NCBI GenBank assembly: GCA_016218925.1
Contig: JACRCR010000080.1
Location: 2,730-66,729, forward strand
Origin: Deltaproteobacteria bacterium
Lineage (GTDB): Bacteria; Desulfobacterota; Binatia; UBA1149; CAITLU01
Direction of reading: 5' to 3'
DNA length: 64,000 nt
This document shows, one piece after another, positions 18,799 through 27,620 of the stretch. Numbering within the stretch: position 1 is the stretch's first letter; each line of letters begins with the position of its first letter. The notes beneath the pieces were generated by a model. That model searched no databases. It saw only the letters and a list, made by a program, of their open reading frames with translations, and was not told where the DNA came from. A program made the position numbers and the translations under genes.

Positions 18799-19593
18799 TC
18801 ATTCAGCCTGAAAGAGCCCTCCGGCCCACCAGTCGAACGCGCTGGTCGCAACCCGAGAGCGACCGCCGCCTACGGTCGATGCAAGGCCCATCGCCGCATT
18901 CTCCGATCCCCCGGCGACCGCCGCGCTCTGCGTCCCGCAGAAGTTGTCTTGTCCACCGCTCACCACGGAGCTGCGTCCATCGGTGCGATTGTCTTCGCCT
19001 CCTGCGATCGACGACGTCTCGCCCCTGGCCTCGTTGCGGAACCCGCCACTGATCGACGCGTAATCGCCGCTCACGCGGTGAGTGGTTCCGCCGAGTACGG
19101 TGGCCCCCTCCCCGCTGATCTCGTTGTTACCGCCCGCCACCAGCCCGCCGAAAGAGCTGTACGAATGCTCCATGCCGATGACGAGGTTGTGGGAGCCGGT
19201 CTTCTTGTCGTTATCCCCCGCTTCGTTGTAGCCGATCACGATGTTGCCGGTGCCGTTCACTGTGCCATCGGTCGCCCCGCTGCCGTTCACCACCTGGAAG
19301 TTCATGCCGGTCAGCACCAGGTTGTTGCCCTGCACCTGCAGATGGGCAAGCAGCGCTTCCACTGCCGCGACGCGTGGAAGCAGCTGTTGGCAATCGGCCT
19401 CGCAGACGAGATTGACTTCCTGACCGACCGCCGCGCGCAACACCGCCAGCGCATCGCTGGCACTCAACTTCCCATCGTTGAGCACATCCCCGCAGGGCTG
19501 CGCGGCAAGCGCAGCGGGAATGGCTCCGAAGAACGCGACGAGACATCCCATTGCGACCAGCGCCTTCCAGGCTCCGTTGATCCTCATCTGCAT
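18799..19593 (-). CDS. secreted repeat protein: signal peptide + dockerin-like Ca-binding motif + Gly-rich hemagglutinin/YadA-head-like (Hep_Hag-type) repeats
   Basis: Signal peptide MQMRINGAWKALVAMGCLVAFFGAIPAALAA, then CGDVLNDGKLSASDALAVLRAAVG (dockerin-like). Next come repeated GG.N…G..S.. units (NLVIGMEHSYSSFGGLVAGGNNEISGEGATVLGGTTHRVSGDYASISGG…). AGGAGAGAGAG RBS before ATG. Confidence 0.6.
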   Translation of the reverse strand: MQMRINGAWKALVAMGCLVAFFGAIPAALAAQPCGDVLNDGKLSASDALAVLRAAVGQEVNLVCEADCQQLLPRVAAVEALLAHLQVQGNNLVLTGMNFQVVNGSGATDGTVNGTGNIVIGYNEAGDNDKKTGSHNLVIGMEHSYSSFGGLVAGGNNEISGEGATVLGGTTHRVSGDYASISGGFRNEARGETSSIAGGEDNRTDGRSSVVSGGQDNFCGTQSAAVAGGSENAAMGLASTVGGGRSRVATSAFDWWAGGLFQAE

Positions 19594-19655
19594 CTCTCTC
19601 TCCTGTTTCTCATGCATCCCGGGACGGCCGCGCCGGGAACCCCGGCACCGTCGCG

Positions 19656-20822
19656 CTACGTGGTCGCTACAGCCGCGGCTTCGTCTTGCGCGTGCACTGG
19701 CTCCGACTGCGAAGCATGCCAACCCGGCGGGACGTAGATGCAGTCGGGCTCGCTGGCCAACGCGTCCCCGGCCACCGAGTACGACCTGGCCCGGGAGCCA
19801 CCGCACAGGGTTCGGTACTCGCACGCGCCGCACTTGCCGCCGAGACGGTCGGCGTCCCGCAGTGCCACGAACAACGGATGCGACTGGTAGACCTCGACCA
19901 CCGAACTGGCTGGGAAACGGCCACAGGGCAGCGGCAGGAATCCGCTCGGCTGAACGAACCCGGTATGTCCGACGAACAGCACCCCCTTGCCGTCGTTGGT
20001 GCCGATCATGCCGGGGCCACGCGCGCCGGCGCCTACCTCTGGCGTGTCGGCGCGCGCCACGCCGGCCGCACCGCGTCGCTCCGCCTTGCGGCGTTGCAGC
20101 AGGTAGCGCCTGTAGTGGGGGGCCTCGGTAGTCTTTATCGCGAAGCTGCGGCTGCGCGATTGCGCGTAGAGGAACTCGAAAACGTCCTCGTAACGCGCGG
20201 GCGCGATGCTACTGGTAGCCAGCGCGCGACCCACCGGGACCAGGAAGAACACCGACCACAAGTCGAGTCCGAACGCCTCGATCTGATCGACGATCGCCGG
20301 CAGCTCGTCCACGTTGCCCACGTGGACAGTCGTATTAACTTGAAGTGACAGCCCCAAGCCAGCGGCGTCATTCAGAATTTCCAGAGTTCTGCGGTAGCTA
20401 CCGGCGACCCCGCGAAGCCCGTCATGGCTGCTGGCGCCGGCACCATCGAGACTGACCGCCAGGCGCGCGAGCCCGTTCCCCTTCAAACGTGCCAGGGCAT
20501 CGTGCGTGACCAGCGGAGTCGCCGATGGGGTCATCGCCATCGACAGACCGATGCTCGTGCCGTGGGCAACCAGATCATGGATGTCGGCCCGCTTCATCGG
20601 ATCGCCGCCCGTCAGCACCACCAGCGGCGGCGCGGGAAAACGACGAAGGTCGTCGAGCAGCGCCAGTGCCTGCCCCGGACCCAGTTCGCCTGGATGGCTC
20701 ATGGTCTGCGCGCAGGCCCGGCAATGGGCGCATACCAGATCGCAGGCCTGGGTGGTCTCGTAGAAAACAACGAACGGGCTGTCGTCGAAGGCCCGGTCTG
20801 GCGGCACGGTAGACTTGGTCAT
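19656..20822 (-). CDS. radical SAM/SPASM-domain protein (protein/peptide-modifying maturase family)
   Basis: N-terminal CxxxCxxC (FYETTQACDLVCAHCRAC) and a C-terminal Cys cluster (GKCGACEYRTLCGG…PDCIY) consistent with a SPASM/twitch auxiliary cluster. The start is at the ATG at 20822 (MTKSTVPP…); the 70-aa ORF-track extension was rejected. Confidence 0.8.
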   Translation of the reverse strand: MTKSTVPPDRAFDDSPFVVFYETTQACDLVCAHCRACAQTMSHPGELGPGQALALLDDLRRFPAPPLVVLTGGDPMKRADIHDLVAHGTSIGLSMAMTPSATPLVTHDALARLKGNGLARLAVSLDGAGASSHDGLRGVAGSYRRTLEILNDAAGLGLSLQVNTTVHVGNVDELPAIVDQIEAFGLDLWSVFFLVPVGRALATSSIAPARYEDVFEFLYAQSRSRSFAIKTTEAPHYRRYLLQRRKAERRGAAGVARADTPEVGAGARGPGMIGTNDGKGVLFVGHTGFVQPSGFLPLPCGRFPASSVVEVYQSHPLFVALRDADRLGGKCGACEYRTLCGGSRARSYSVAGDALASEPDCIYVPPGWHASQSEPVHAQDEAAAVATT

Positions 20823-21011
20823 GGCCGGCGAAGAAACGCTCCGGCGCAGAGTATGGGGCGCAACGGCAAGACCGAGCAACTTGAAGAACGCGCCCCCGCC
20901 CGCCCGGAAACCCGCGCTGCGTGACCCGCGGGCGGCGCCAACGGCGGAACCTGGCCCGCACTTCGCTGTCCGCACCCCGACCCGCGTGCTAGGTGCTCGC
21001 GGTCGACCGCG

Positions 21012-22637
21012 ATGGCCTCCGCTGCCAAGCAATCAGTGCGCCCGGACCGCGCCGGGCGCACGGCTGAGTCTCTCTCACGGAAGTTGCCGCGCTGGGCCGC
21101 GCTGCTGGGTCCGGCCCTGTTTGCGGTCGCCCTTTACCTGCCTTCGCTCGGCAACCCTCTGGTCTGGGACGACGAACTCCACGTGCCGCTTGCCCGCGAG
21201 ATGACCGTAGGCGAGGCCTTCGGCAACGCGGGTGGGGAATACCGGCGCCCACTGGTGCTGCTGTCGTACCTGGCCCAATGGAAGGCAGGCGCCGGCGCCG
21301 ATGCGGCACTGCATGCGGTCAACGTCCTGCTCCACAGCGGCAATGCCATGTTGCTGGCGTTGTTGCTGCTGAACATGGGACTGCCGACAGAGGTCGCGGC
21401 TTGCGCGGCGCTGCTCTTCGCGGCCCACCCTCTTCAGTCGGGGTCGGTGGCCTACGTTTCCGGGCGTACCGATCTGCTCGCGGCCGCCTTCACCATGACC
21501 GCGCTCATCGTGGCGCAGCCGGCGCCGAGCCGAACCGAGCCGGCCTCCACCCGCGTACGTTCGACGAGTCGGTCCAGGGAGATGTGCGTAACGCTCGCGT
21601 GCGCCGCGTGCGTCGCACTTGCGGCTCTGTCCAAAGAGATCGGACTCGTCGCCGGGCCGCTGGCGGCGCTGTTTGTCTACTACCGCATCCGGAGAGGACG
21701 CCCCGCGTCGTTGCTGACGGCGATCGCTGCGCTGATGAGCTGCGCATGCTGCGCGCTGTGGGTGCTGCCGCCGGCGGCGCTGGCCGCCAACCTTCCGATG
21801 TCGCTGCGACTGCGTGCCGCCGGCACGGCAGCGGTCACCTACGCGGGCCTGTTGGTTTGGCCAAGTGGACTTCATCTCGACCGATTGAGTCCGACGCGCG
21901 GTGACGAAGCGCTCGTGATCGCGCTGGCGCTGTGCGCCCTGGCCGCCGCTCTCTCGCTACGATTCGCACGTGCGCCGACTCTGGCCGGACTCGGTCTGCT
22001 GTCCGTACTGGCCCTGTACCTTCCCGGCAGCGGGTTGATTCCGGTAGCACCGGCCATCGTCGAGCGCTTCGTCTTCACGCCGGAACAGTTTCTCTACCTT
22101 CCGCTGGCACCGCTGTGCGCACTGCTGGCAGCCGCGCTGCACCGCTATTCGGGCAACTCGGCTTTGCTCGTCGTCACCGCCACGTTGGCTCTGGCATCGG
22201 TCCCAGCAGTGCTCGCGCGCCAACGCGAATTCGCGGGCGCCGAGCAAGTATACCGCGCTACGTTGGCCCACTCGTCGAGCGCGCGGGCCTGCTTCAACCT
22301 CGGGGGCCTGCAACTCGACGACCTGCGCTACGCCGAGGCGGCCTCCTCCTACGAGCGCTGCGTAGAACTGAGCCCTCACGATGGCGGCGCCCGAGGCCAG
22401 CTCGCGATCGCCTACCAGAAGCTCGGGCGCGCCGATCAGGCGCGCGCCAACTATCGGCGCGCGATCGAACTCGACGACCGCAGCCCGCTGCTGTGGAGCA
22501 ACTTCGCCACCCTCGACGCCAACGAAGGACGCTACGGCGACGCGCGGGAGAAATGGCAGCACGCGCTCGCGCTCGACCCATCGTTCCCACCTGCACTGAG
22601 CGCGCTCGAGAAACTCGAGCGAGCGATGTCGCGATGA
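21012..22637 (+). CDS. TPR-repeat integral membrane protein (PMT/TMTC-like glycosyltransferase family 39-type architecture)
   Basis: About 9-11 TM helices in the N-terminal 380 aa with a conserved-looking PLVWDDELH loop. The C-terminus holds ~4 TPR repeats (…YERCVELSPHDGGARGQLAIAYQKLGRADQARANYRRAIELDD…). Confidence 0.6.
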   Translation: MASAAKQSVRPDRAGRTAESLSRKLPRWAALLGPALFAVALYLPSLGNPLVWDDELHVPLAREMTVGEAFGNAGGEYRRPLVLLSYLAQWKAGAGADAALHAVNVLLHSGNAMLLALLLLNMGLPTEVAACAALLFAAHPLQSGSVAYVSGRTDLLAAAFTMTALIVAQPAPSRTEPASTRVRSTSRSREMCVTLACAACVALAALSKEIGLVAGPLAALFVYYRIRRGRPASLLTAIAALMSCACCALWVLPPAALAANLPMSLRLRAAGTAAVTYAGLLVWPSGLHLDRLSPTRGDEALVIALALCALAAALSLRFARAPTLAGLGLLSVLALYLPGSGLIPVAPAIVERFVFTPEQFLYLPLAPLCALLAAALHRYSGNSALLVVTATLALASVPAVLARQREFAGAEQVYRATLAHSSSARACFNLGGLQLDDLRYAEAASSYERCVELSPHDGGARGQLAIAYQKLGRADQARANYRRAIELDDRSPLLWSNFATLDANEGRYGDAREKWQHALALDPSFPPALSALEKLERAMSR

Positions 22638-22676
22638 TGCTACCGCGCGGCCAACTGGCTCTCGTCGACGAACCGC

Positions 22677-23912
22677 TCAGCCGAGCATCCAGTCGATCCA
22701 AGCGACGCCCAGTGCCAGCGTCGCCAGCGTGATCGGCACGCCGGCCTTCAGGTACTCGCGAAACGACAGCACCTGCCCGCGCCGTCGCGCCACTTCCGCG
22801 ACGATCAGATTGGCTACCGAGCCGAGCAGCGTCAGGTTCCCCGCCAGCGTGCTCGCCATCGCGAGCGTGAGAAACCCCCGGTCGCAATCGTCGAGGCCTT
22901 CGACCGGCCCACGCAGCAGCAACACCGCGGGAACGTTCGACACGACATTGCTGAGCCCGACCGTCAGCACCGCCAGGCCGGCGACGCCCGACTCCGCGTA
23001 GTGCCTGAGCTCTTCGAACACGCCGGTCTCGCGCAGCCCATCGTCGATCCCCGCCGTCACCACGAAGAGTCCGGCGAAGAACACCAGCAGCGACCAGTCG
23101 ATCTCGGCAAAAACCCGCTCGGGATCGTGACGGCGTGTCACGAGCAGCAACGAAGCCGCCGTCAACGCGGCCAGCGCAGTCGGCATGCCGCAAAGCAGTG
23201 CCGCCGCCAACACCGCGGTGGCGATCAGGCTCTTGCGTAGCAGCGACTCGTTGACCTCGACGCGGGCGCGGTGGCTCCACGCAAGAGGCCTGAAGTGGAG
23301 CGCTCGTCTATAGACCAGCGCGATCACCGCCCATACGATCACGCAGCCGAGCACGGCTACCGGGCCGAGGTAGTAGAAGAAACGCCCGAACGGAATCCCC
23401 GACGCCATGCCGACCAGCATGTTCTGCGGATTGCCGATGATCGTCGCCGTCGATCCGACGTTGGCGGCCGTAGCCACGGCGATCAGGAACGGAGCGGCCG
23501 GCAGGCCCGTGGCGTGGACCACTTCGAGAACCAGCGGTGTCATGCCCAGCGCGACGGTGTCGTTGAGCAGGATCGCCGACAGCAATCCCGACGCAGCGAC
23601 GGTGAGTGCGAGCAGGCGAAGCGGACTGCGCCCGACCCCCACCGCTCCGGTCGCCACCGCCTCGAAGAAGCCCGCGATGCGCAGGTTGGCGTTGAGCACC
23701 ATCATTCCAAAGAGCAGCACCAGCGTATCGGCATCGATCGCGGCGTAGGCCTGTTCGAGCGTCAGCGAACCGGCCAGAACCATCGACGTAGCGCCGACCA
23801 CGGCGATGGTCGCCCGGTTCATCCGAAGGCGGGGAATCTCGCCGAGGGCCACACCCACGAGCGTCGCGGTTCCCAACAAGAGCGTCAGAATGGGCGACGG
23901 CACGGTGACCGC
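22677..23912 (-). CDS. ArsB/NhaD-superfamily anion permease (arsenite/citrate-transporter-like)
   Basis: Polytopic membrane protein with a GNPQNM motif and a duplicated transporter repeat. The start is uncertain; the ORF track begins at 24050, but a start near 23912 is likely. Confidence 0.6.
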   Translation of the reverse strand, partial: AVTVPSPILTLLLGTATLVGVALGEIPRLRMNRATIAVVGATSMVLAGSLTLEQAYAAIDADTLVLLFGMMVLNANLRIAGFFEAVATGAVGVGRSPLRLLALTVAASGLLSAILLNDTVALGMTPLVLEVVHATGLPAAPFLIAVATAANVGSTATIIGNPQNMLVGMASGIPFGRFFYYLGPVAVLGCVIVWAVIALVYRRALHFRPLAWSHRARVEVNESLLRKSLIATAVLAAALLCGMPTALAALTAASLLLVTRRHDPERVFAEIDWSLLVFFAGLFVVTAGIDDGLRETGVFEELRHYAESGVAGLAVLTVGLSNVVSNVPAVLLLRGPVEGLDDCDRGFLTLAMASTLAGNLTLLGSVANLIVAEVARRRGQVLSFREYLKAGVPITLATLALGVAWIDWMLG

Positions 23913-24051
23913 GATGTTAGCCGCGCTTGGTCGTGGGCAAAACCCCGGCGACTGTGCGCACCATCCGGTCCGCACCGTGCCCGCGGTCAGTGCTTCACTT
24001 GCCCTGGATTCCGCCTGCGTCGCAAGCGACCGACCCACGCGCGCCAGCAAG

Positions 24052-25239
24052 TCACCCGACGCGACAGACGAGCCCTTTCAGGTAGGTCCCTTCCGGAAAC
24101 GCCAGAGCGGTCGGATGATCGGCGGGCTGCCCCAGTCGCTCGACGATCTGGGCTTCGCGCCCGGCATCCAGCGCCGCGTCGGCGATGATCTTCTGGAACA
24201 GTTCGGGCGTCATGAGCCCGGAACACGAGAAAGTCAGCAGCACTCCGCCGGGTCTCAGTAGCTTGAACGCGAGCAGGTTGATGTCCTTGTAGCCCCGTGC
24301 GGCCTTGTCCATCTGCAGCCGTGAACCGGCGAACTTCGGTGGATCCAGAACGATCATGTCGAAGCTGCGCCGCGAGTCGCGAAAGCGCCGCAGCAGCGCG
24401 AAGACATCCGCTTCGATGTTCTCGACACGGTCGGCAGGCAGACCGTTGAGCGCGATGTTGTGGTCGCCGAGTTCCAGCGCGGACGAAGAAGTGTCTACGT
24501 TGGTCACCTTGGCCGCGCCCGCCGCGAGCGCAGCCACCGCGAATGCACCCGTATACGAAAACGCGTTGAGTACCTCGCGCCCCTCGGCGTAGCGCGCCGC
24601 CGCACGCCGATTGGCGCGCTGGTCCAGGTAGAAACCCGTCTTGTGTCCTGCGCGCACGTCGACCGCCAGGCGCAGGCCGTGCTCGACGATATCGACCAAC
24701 TGCGGCGGCTCGGCTCCGGCCAGCAGGCCGGTGCGCGAGATGAGTCCTTCCTTCAGACGCACCTCGACGTCGGAGCGCTCGTAAATCGACGTCGCACCGG
24801 CGGTTCGCCACAGCGCCGCGACGATCGCGTCACGCCATCGTTCCGGCCCAGCCGCCAGGAACTGGCAGACCACGACGTCGCCGTAGCGATCGACCACGAG
24901 CCCCGGCAATCCGTCCGACTCGGCATTGACGAGCCGGCAAGCGTTCGTCTGCCCAGCCGGTACCAGCACTCGCCGGGCTTCCAACGCACTCTCGATGCGG
25001 CTCACGAAAAAACTCTCGTCGACCGCCTCGCGCTCATCGAAGGTCCAGACCCGCGCGCGGATCTGCGACGACGGTGAGTAGGCGGCGCGAGCCAGAAACC
25101 CGCCATCGGCATCTCGAACATCGACCGTCTGGCCGCTGCTCAGCCCGGGCGGCTCGCGAGCGATCGCTCCCGAGAACACCCACGGGTGGCGACGCCGCAG
25201 CGAACGATCCTTGTCGGAGAAGAGAGTCAGCGATGCCAT
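24052..25239 (-). CDS. rlmI: 23S rRNA (cytosine1962-C5)-methyltransferase
   Basis: PUA-like N-terminus plus a SAM-MTase core (FSYTGAFAV…DPPKF…). Start at MASLTLFSD. Confidence 0.75.
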   Translation of the reverse strand: MASLTLFSDKDRSLRRRHPWVFSGAIAREPPGLSSGQTVDVRDADGGFLARAAYSPSSQIRARVWTFDEREAVDESFFVSRIESALEARRVLVPAGQTNACRLVNAESDGLPGLVVDRYGDVVVCQFLAAGPERWRDAIVAALWRTAGATSIYERSDVEVRLKEGLISRTGLLAGAEPPQLVDIVEHGLRLAVDVRAGHKTGFYLDQRANRRAAARYAEGREVLNAFSYTGAFAVAALAAGAAKVTNVDTSSSALELGDHNIALNGLPADRVENIEADVFALLRRFRDSRRSFDMIVLDPPKFAGSRLQMDKAARGYKDINLLAFKLLRPGGVLLTFSCSGLMTPELFQKIIADAALDAGREAQIVERLGQPADHPTALAFPEGTYLKGLVCRVG

Positions 25240-25379
25240 GGGGGACTCCGCGCGGCGCTGTCGCACCCGCGCGGCGCCGAGTCAACGCGACGCGCGAAGC
25301 GACGCCGACATCGGCCCCTCGCTTGTCTGCCGCGGGCGCCGCGCATAGCGTGCCGCTGCCGCGCACACGAGGACGCCAC

Positions 25380-26808
25380 GATGCTCAAATCCTCCTACCC
25401 CTATTACCTCGCGAGCGAGCCGGTGGCCGCCAATCAGGCCCTCGAAGTGCTCGACAAGTACAGCGGCCGCGTCGCCACACGTGTGGCGATGGCCGATCGC
25501 GACGCGATCGATCGCGCGATCGGCGCCGCCGTCACCGCCAAGGGCCCGATGCGGGCGTTGGCCGCCTACCAGCGGCAAGCGGTGCTGCAACACTGCGTGG
25601 CCCGCTTCACGGAGCGCGCCGAAGAACTGGCGGTGGCACTGTGCATCGAAGCCGGCAAACCGATTCGCGACGCGCGCGGCGAAGTCGGCCGGATGATCGA
25701 TACTTTCCGCATCGCCGCCGAGGAATCGGTGCGGATCAACGGAGAGGTGATGACGCTCGACATCGCCGCCCGTGCCCGCGGCTATCGCGGACTGTGGACG
25801 CGGGTGCCGATCGGGCCTTGCTCGTTCATCTCGCCGTTCAATTTCCCGCTGAACCTGGCGGCGCACAAGGTCGCGGCGGCGTTGGCGGTCGGCTCCCCGT
25901 TCGTGCTCAAGCCCGCCAGTCTGACCCCGGTCGGAGCCCTGATGATCGGCGAGGTGCTGGCCGAGACCGATCTGCCCGCCGGATCGTTCTCCATCCTTCC
26001 GTGTCGCCGCGAGGGCGCCGATCTGTTCACCGAAGACGAACGGCTCGAACTGCTCAGTTTCACCGGGTCCCCGGTGGTCGGGTGGGACCTGAAACGCCGC
26101 GCCGGAAAGAAGAAGGTAGTGCTCGAACTCGGCGGCAATGCCGCCGCGGTGGTCGACTGCGACTGGGACCTCGACGACGCCGTCGAACGTGTCGCCTTCG
26201 GCGCGTTCTATCAGTCGGGCCAGAGCTGCATCAGCGTGCAGCGCATCTTCGTGCACGAACGCGTCTACGAAGTCTTCCGCGAGCGTCTGGTAACGCGCAC
26301 CGAGAGCCTGGTCGCCGGCGATCCGCGCGACGAGACGACCTTCCTCGGACCGATGATCACCGAGCAGGAAGCCGCACGTGTCGAATCCTGGATCGGCGAT
26401 GCCGTCGCACAGGGCGCGCGGTTGCTATGCGGTGGTGCGCGCCGCGGCGCGATGCTCGAGGCGACGCTGCTCGAGAACGTCGCACGCGACGCCGCCGTCT
26501 ACGCGCAGGAAGCCTTCGGGCCGGTCGCCGTGTTGACGAGCTTCAGCGACTTCGAAGCGGTACTCGAAGCCGTCAACGACAGCGCGTTCGGCCTGCAGGC
26601 CGGGATCTTCACGCGCGATCTATACAAAGCCCAGCGCGCCTACGATGTACTGGAGGTGGGCGGCGTCGTGATCGGCGACGTGCCGTCGTGGCGGGTCGAC
26701 AACATGCCCTACGGCGGGGTCAAGAACAGCGGACTCGGGCGCGAAGGCGTGCGCTTCGCGATGGAAGACATGTCCGAAATCCGCCTGATGGTGGTGCGGA
26801 CTCCCTGA
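25380..26808 (+). CDS. aldehyde dehydrogenase family protein
   Basis: ALDH motifs LELGGNAAAVV, the catalytic Cys region FYQSGQSCISVQR, and the PYGGVKNSG-type C-terminus. ATG at 25380. Confidence 0.85.
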
Positions 26809-26855
26809 ACCCGGCGGCTCCGCTCTCCCCGGCTTCGATCCGGATCTCCGCGTTG

Positions 26856-27563
26856 CTACTGGAACAGCAGCGAGCACGCGCACGCGCCGCCGCCGGCGTC
26901 CACACAGGAGTAGTCGCCGTTGCAGGTGCCGTAGCAGTTGGGCGGCCCCGCAATCTGACCGCAAGGCGCGAAGATGTCGACTCCCTTGCAGATGCACGCA
27001 GTGCCGCCCACGTCAGGCTCGCAGGCGAGATTCTGGTCGCCGCAGGTACCGTCGCAGGCGGGCACCGTTGCGCTGGCACACTCCACGGGCGGCCCGTGCG
27101 GAAGAGTGGTGGTAGTCGTCGTGGGCGGCGGCGTACCGAAAACGGCCGGCGCGCACAGACGCGTGGTGTGCAATCCCGAGAGCTGGCGCGATCCGAATTG
27201 ATCGCTCATCAGCAGTTGGGCGGGCAACACCTCCCCGCGGCACTTGATGGTGTAACAGATAAAAGCGTTCGTGAGGTCCGGGCCGGCGACCGCCAGGCTC
27301 GGCCCTTCATCGACGCGGTCCTTGTTGACCGGAACGCACAGTTCCCGCGAACGTACCTTGATTGCGCAACCGGCGTCGAGTTCGAAGTCGATGGTGTCAA
27401 CTGGCCGCAGATCGGCGGTCGCCGTAAACGAAGCCAGCGAATCCTTGACCTTGAAGCACTTCAGGTGGTCGTAGGGCTGCGCCGTCGCCACGACCGCCGA
27501 AGCCGCCAGCGCCACAGCGCTCGCCATCATGGTCCACGCGATCGCCTGAGTCCGTCTCATCAT
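26856..27563 (-). CDS. secreted Cys-rich protein, unknown function
   Basis: Signal peptide (MMRRTQAIAWTMMASAVALAASAVVATAQ), a poly-Thr linker, and a C-terminal Cys-rich knot (CASATVPACDGTCGDQNLACEPDVGGTACICKG…). It lies downstream of, and co-directional with, the beta-helix protein. Confidence 0.5.
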   Translation of the reverse strand: MMRRTQAIAWTMMASAVALAASAVVATAQPYDHLKCFKVKDSLASFTATADLRPVDTIDFELDAGCAIKVRSRELCVPVNKDRVDEGPSLAVAGPDLTNAFICYTIKCRGEVLPAQLLMSDQFGSRQLSGLHTTRLCAPAVFGTPPPTTTTTTLPHGPPVECASATVPACDGTCGDQNLACEPDVGGTACICKGVDIFAPCGQIAGPPNCYGTCNGDYSCVDAGGGACACSLLFQ

Positions 27564-27620
27564 CACTATTCTCCATCCCGGCCGGGCAGCGCGGACCGCG
27601 AACACCCGCACCGGATTCGC

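Noticed and set aside
20823-21032. A 70-aa N-terminal extension of the radical SAM ORF; also checked for a small RiPP precursor ORF in this spacer.
   Set aside because: The extension is low-complexity (GRPRAPSTRVG…). The rSAM core begins at MTKSTVPP. No short ORF with an RBS was found in the 190-nt spacer.
21075-23280. Minus-strand ORFs 21075-21875 and 22294-23280, and plus-strand ORF 21932-22732.
   Set aside because: They overlap the TPR membrane protein or permease genes in other frames with Arg/Gly-rich translations. They are shadow ORFs.
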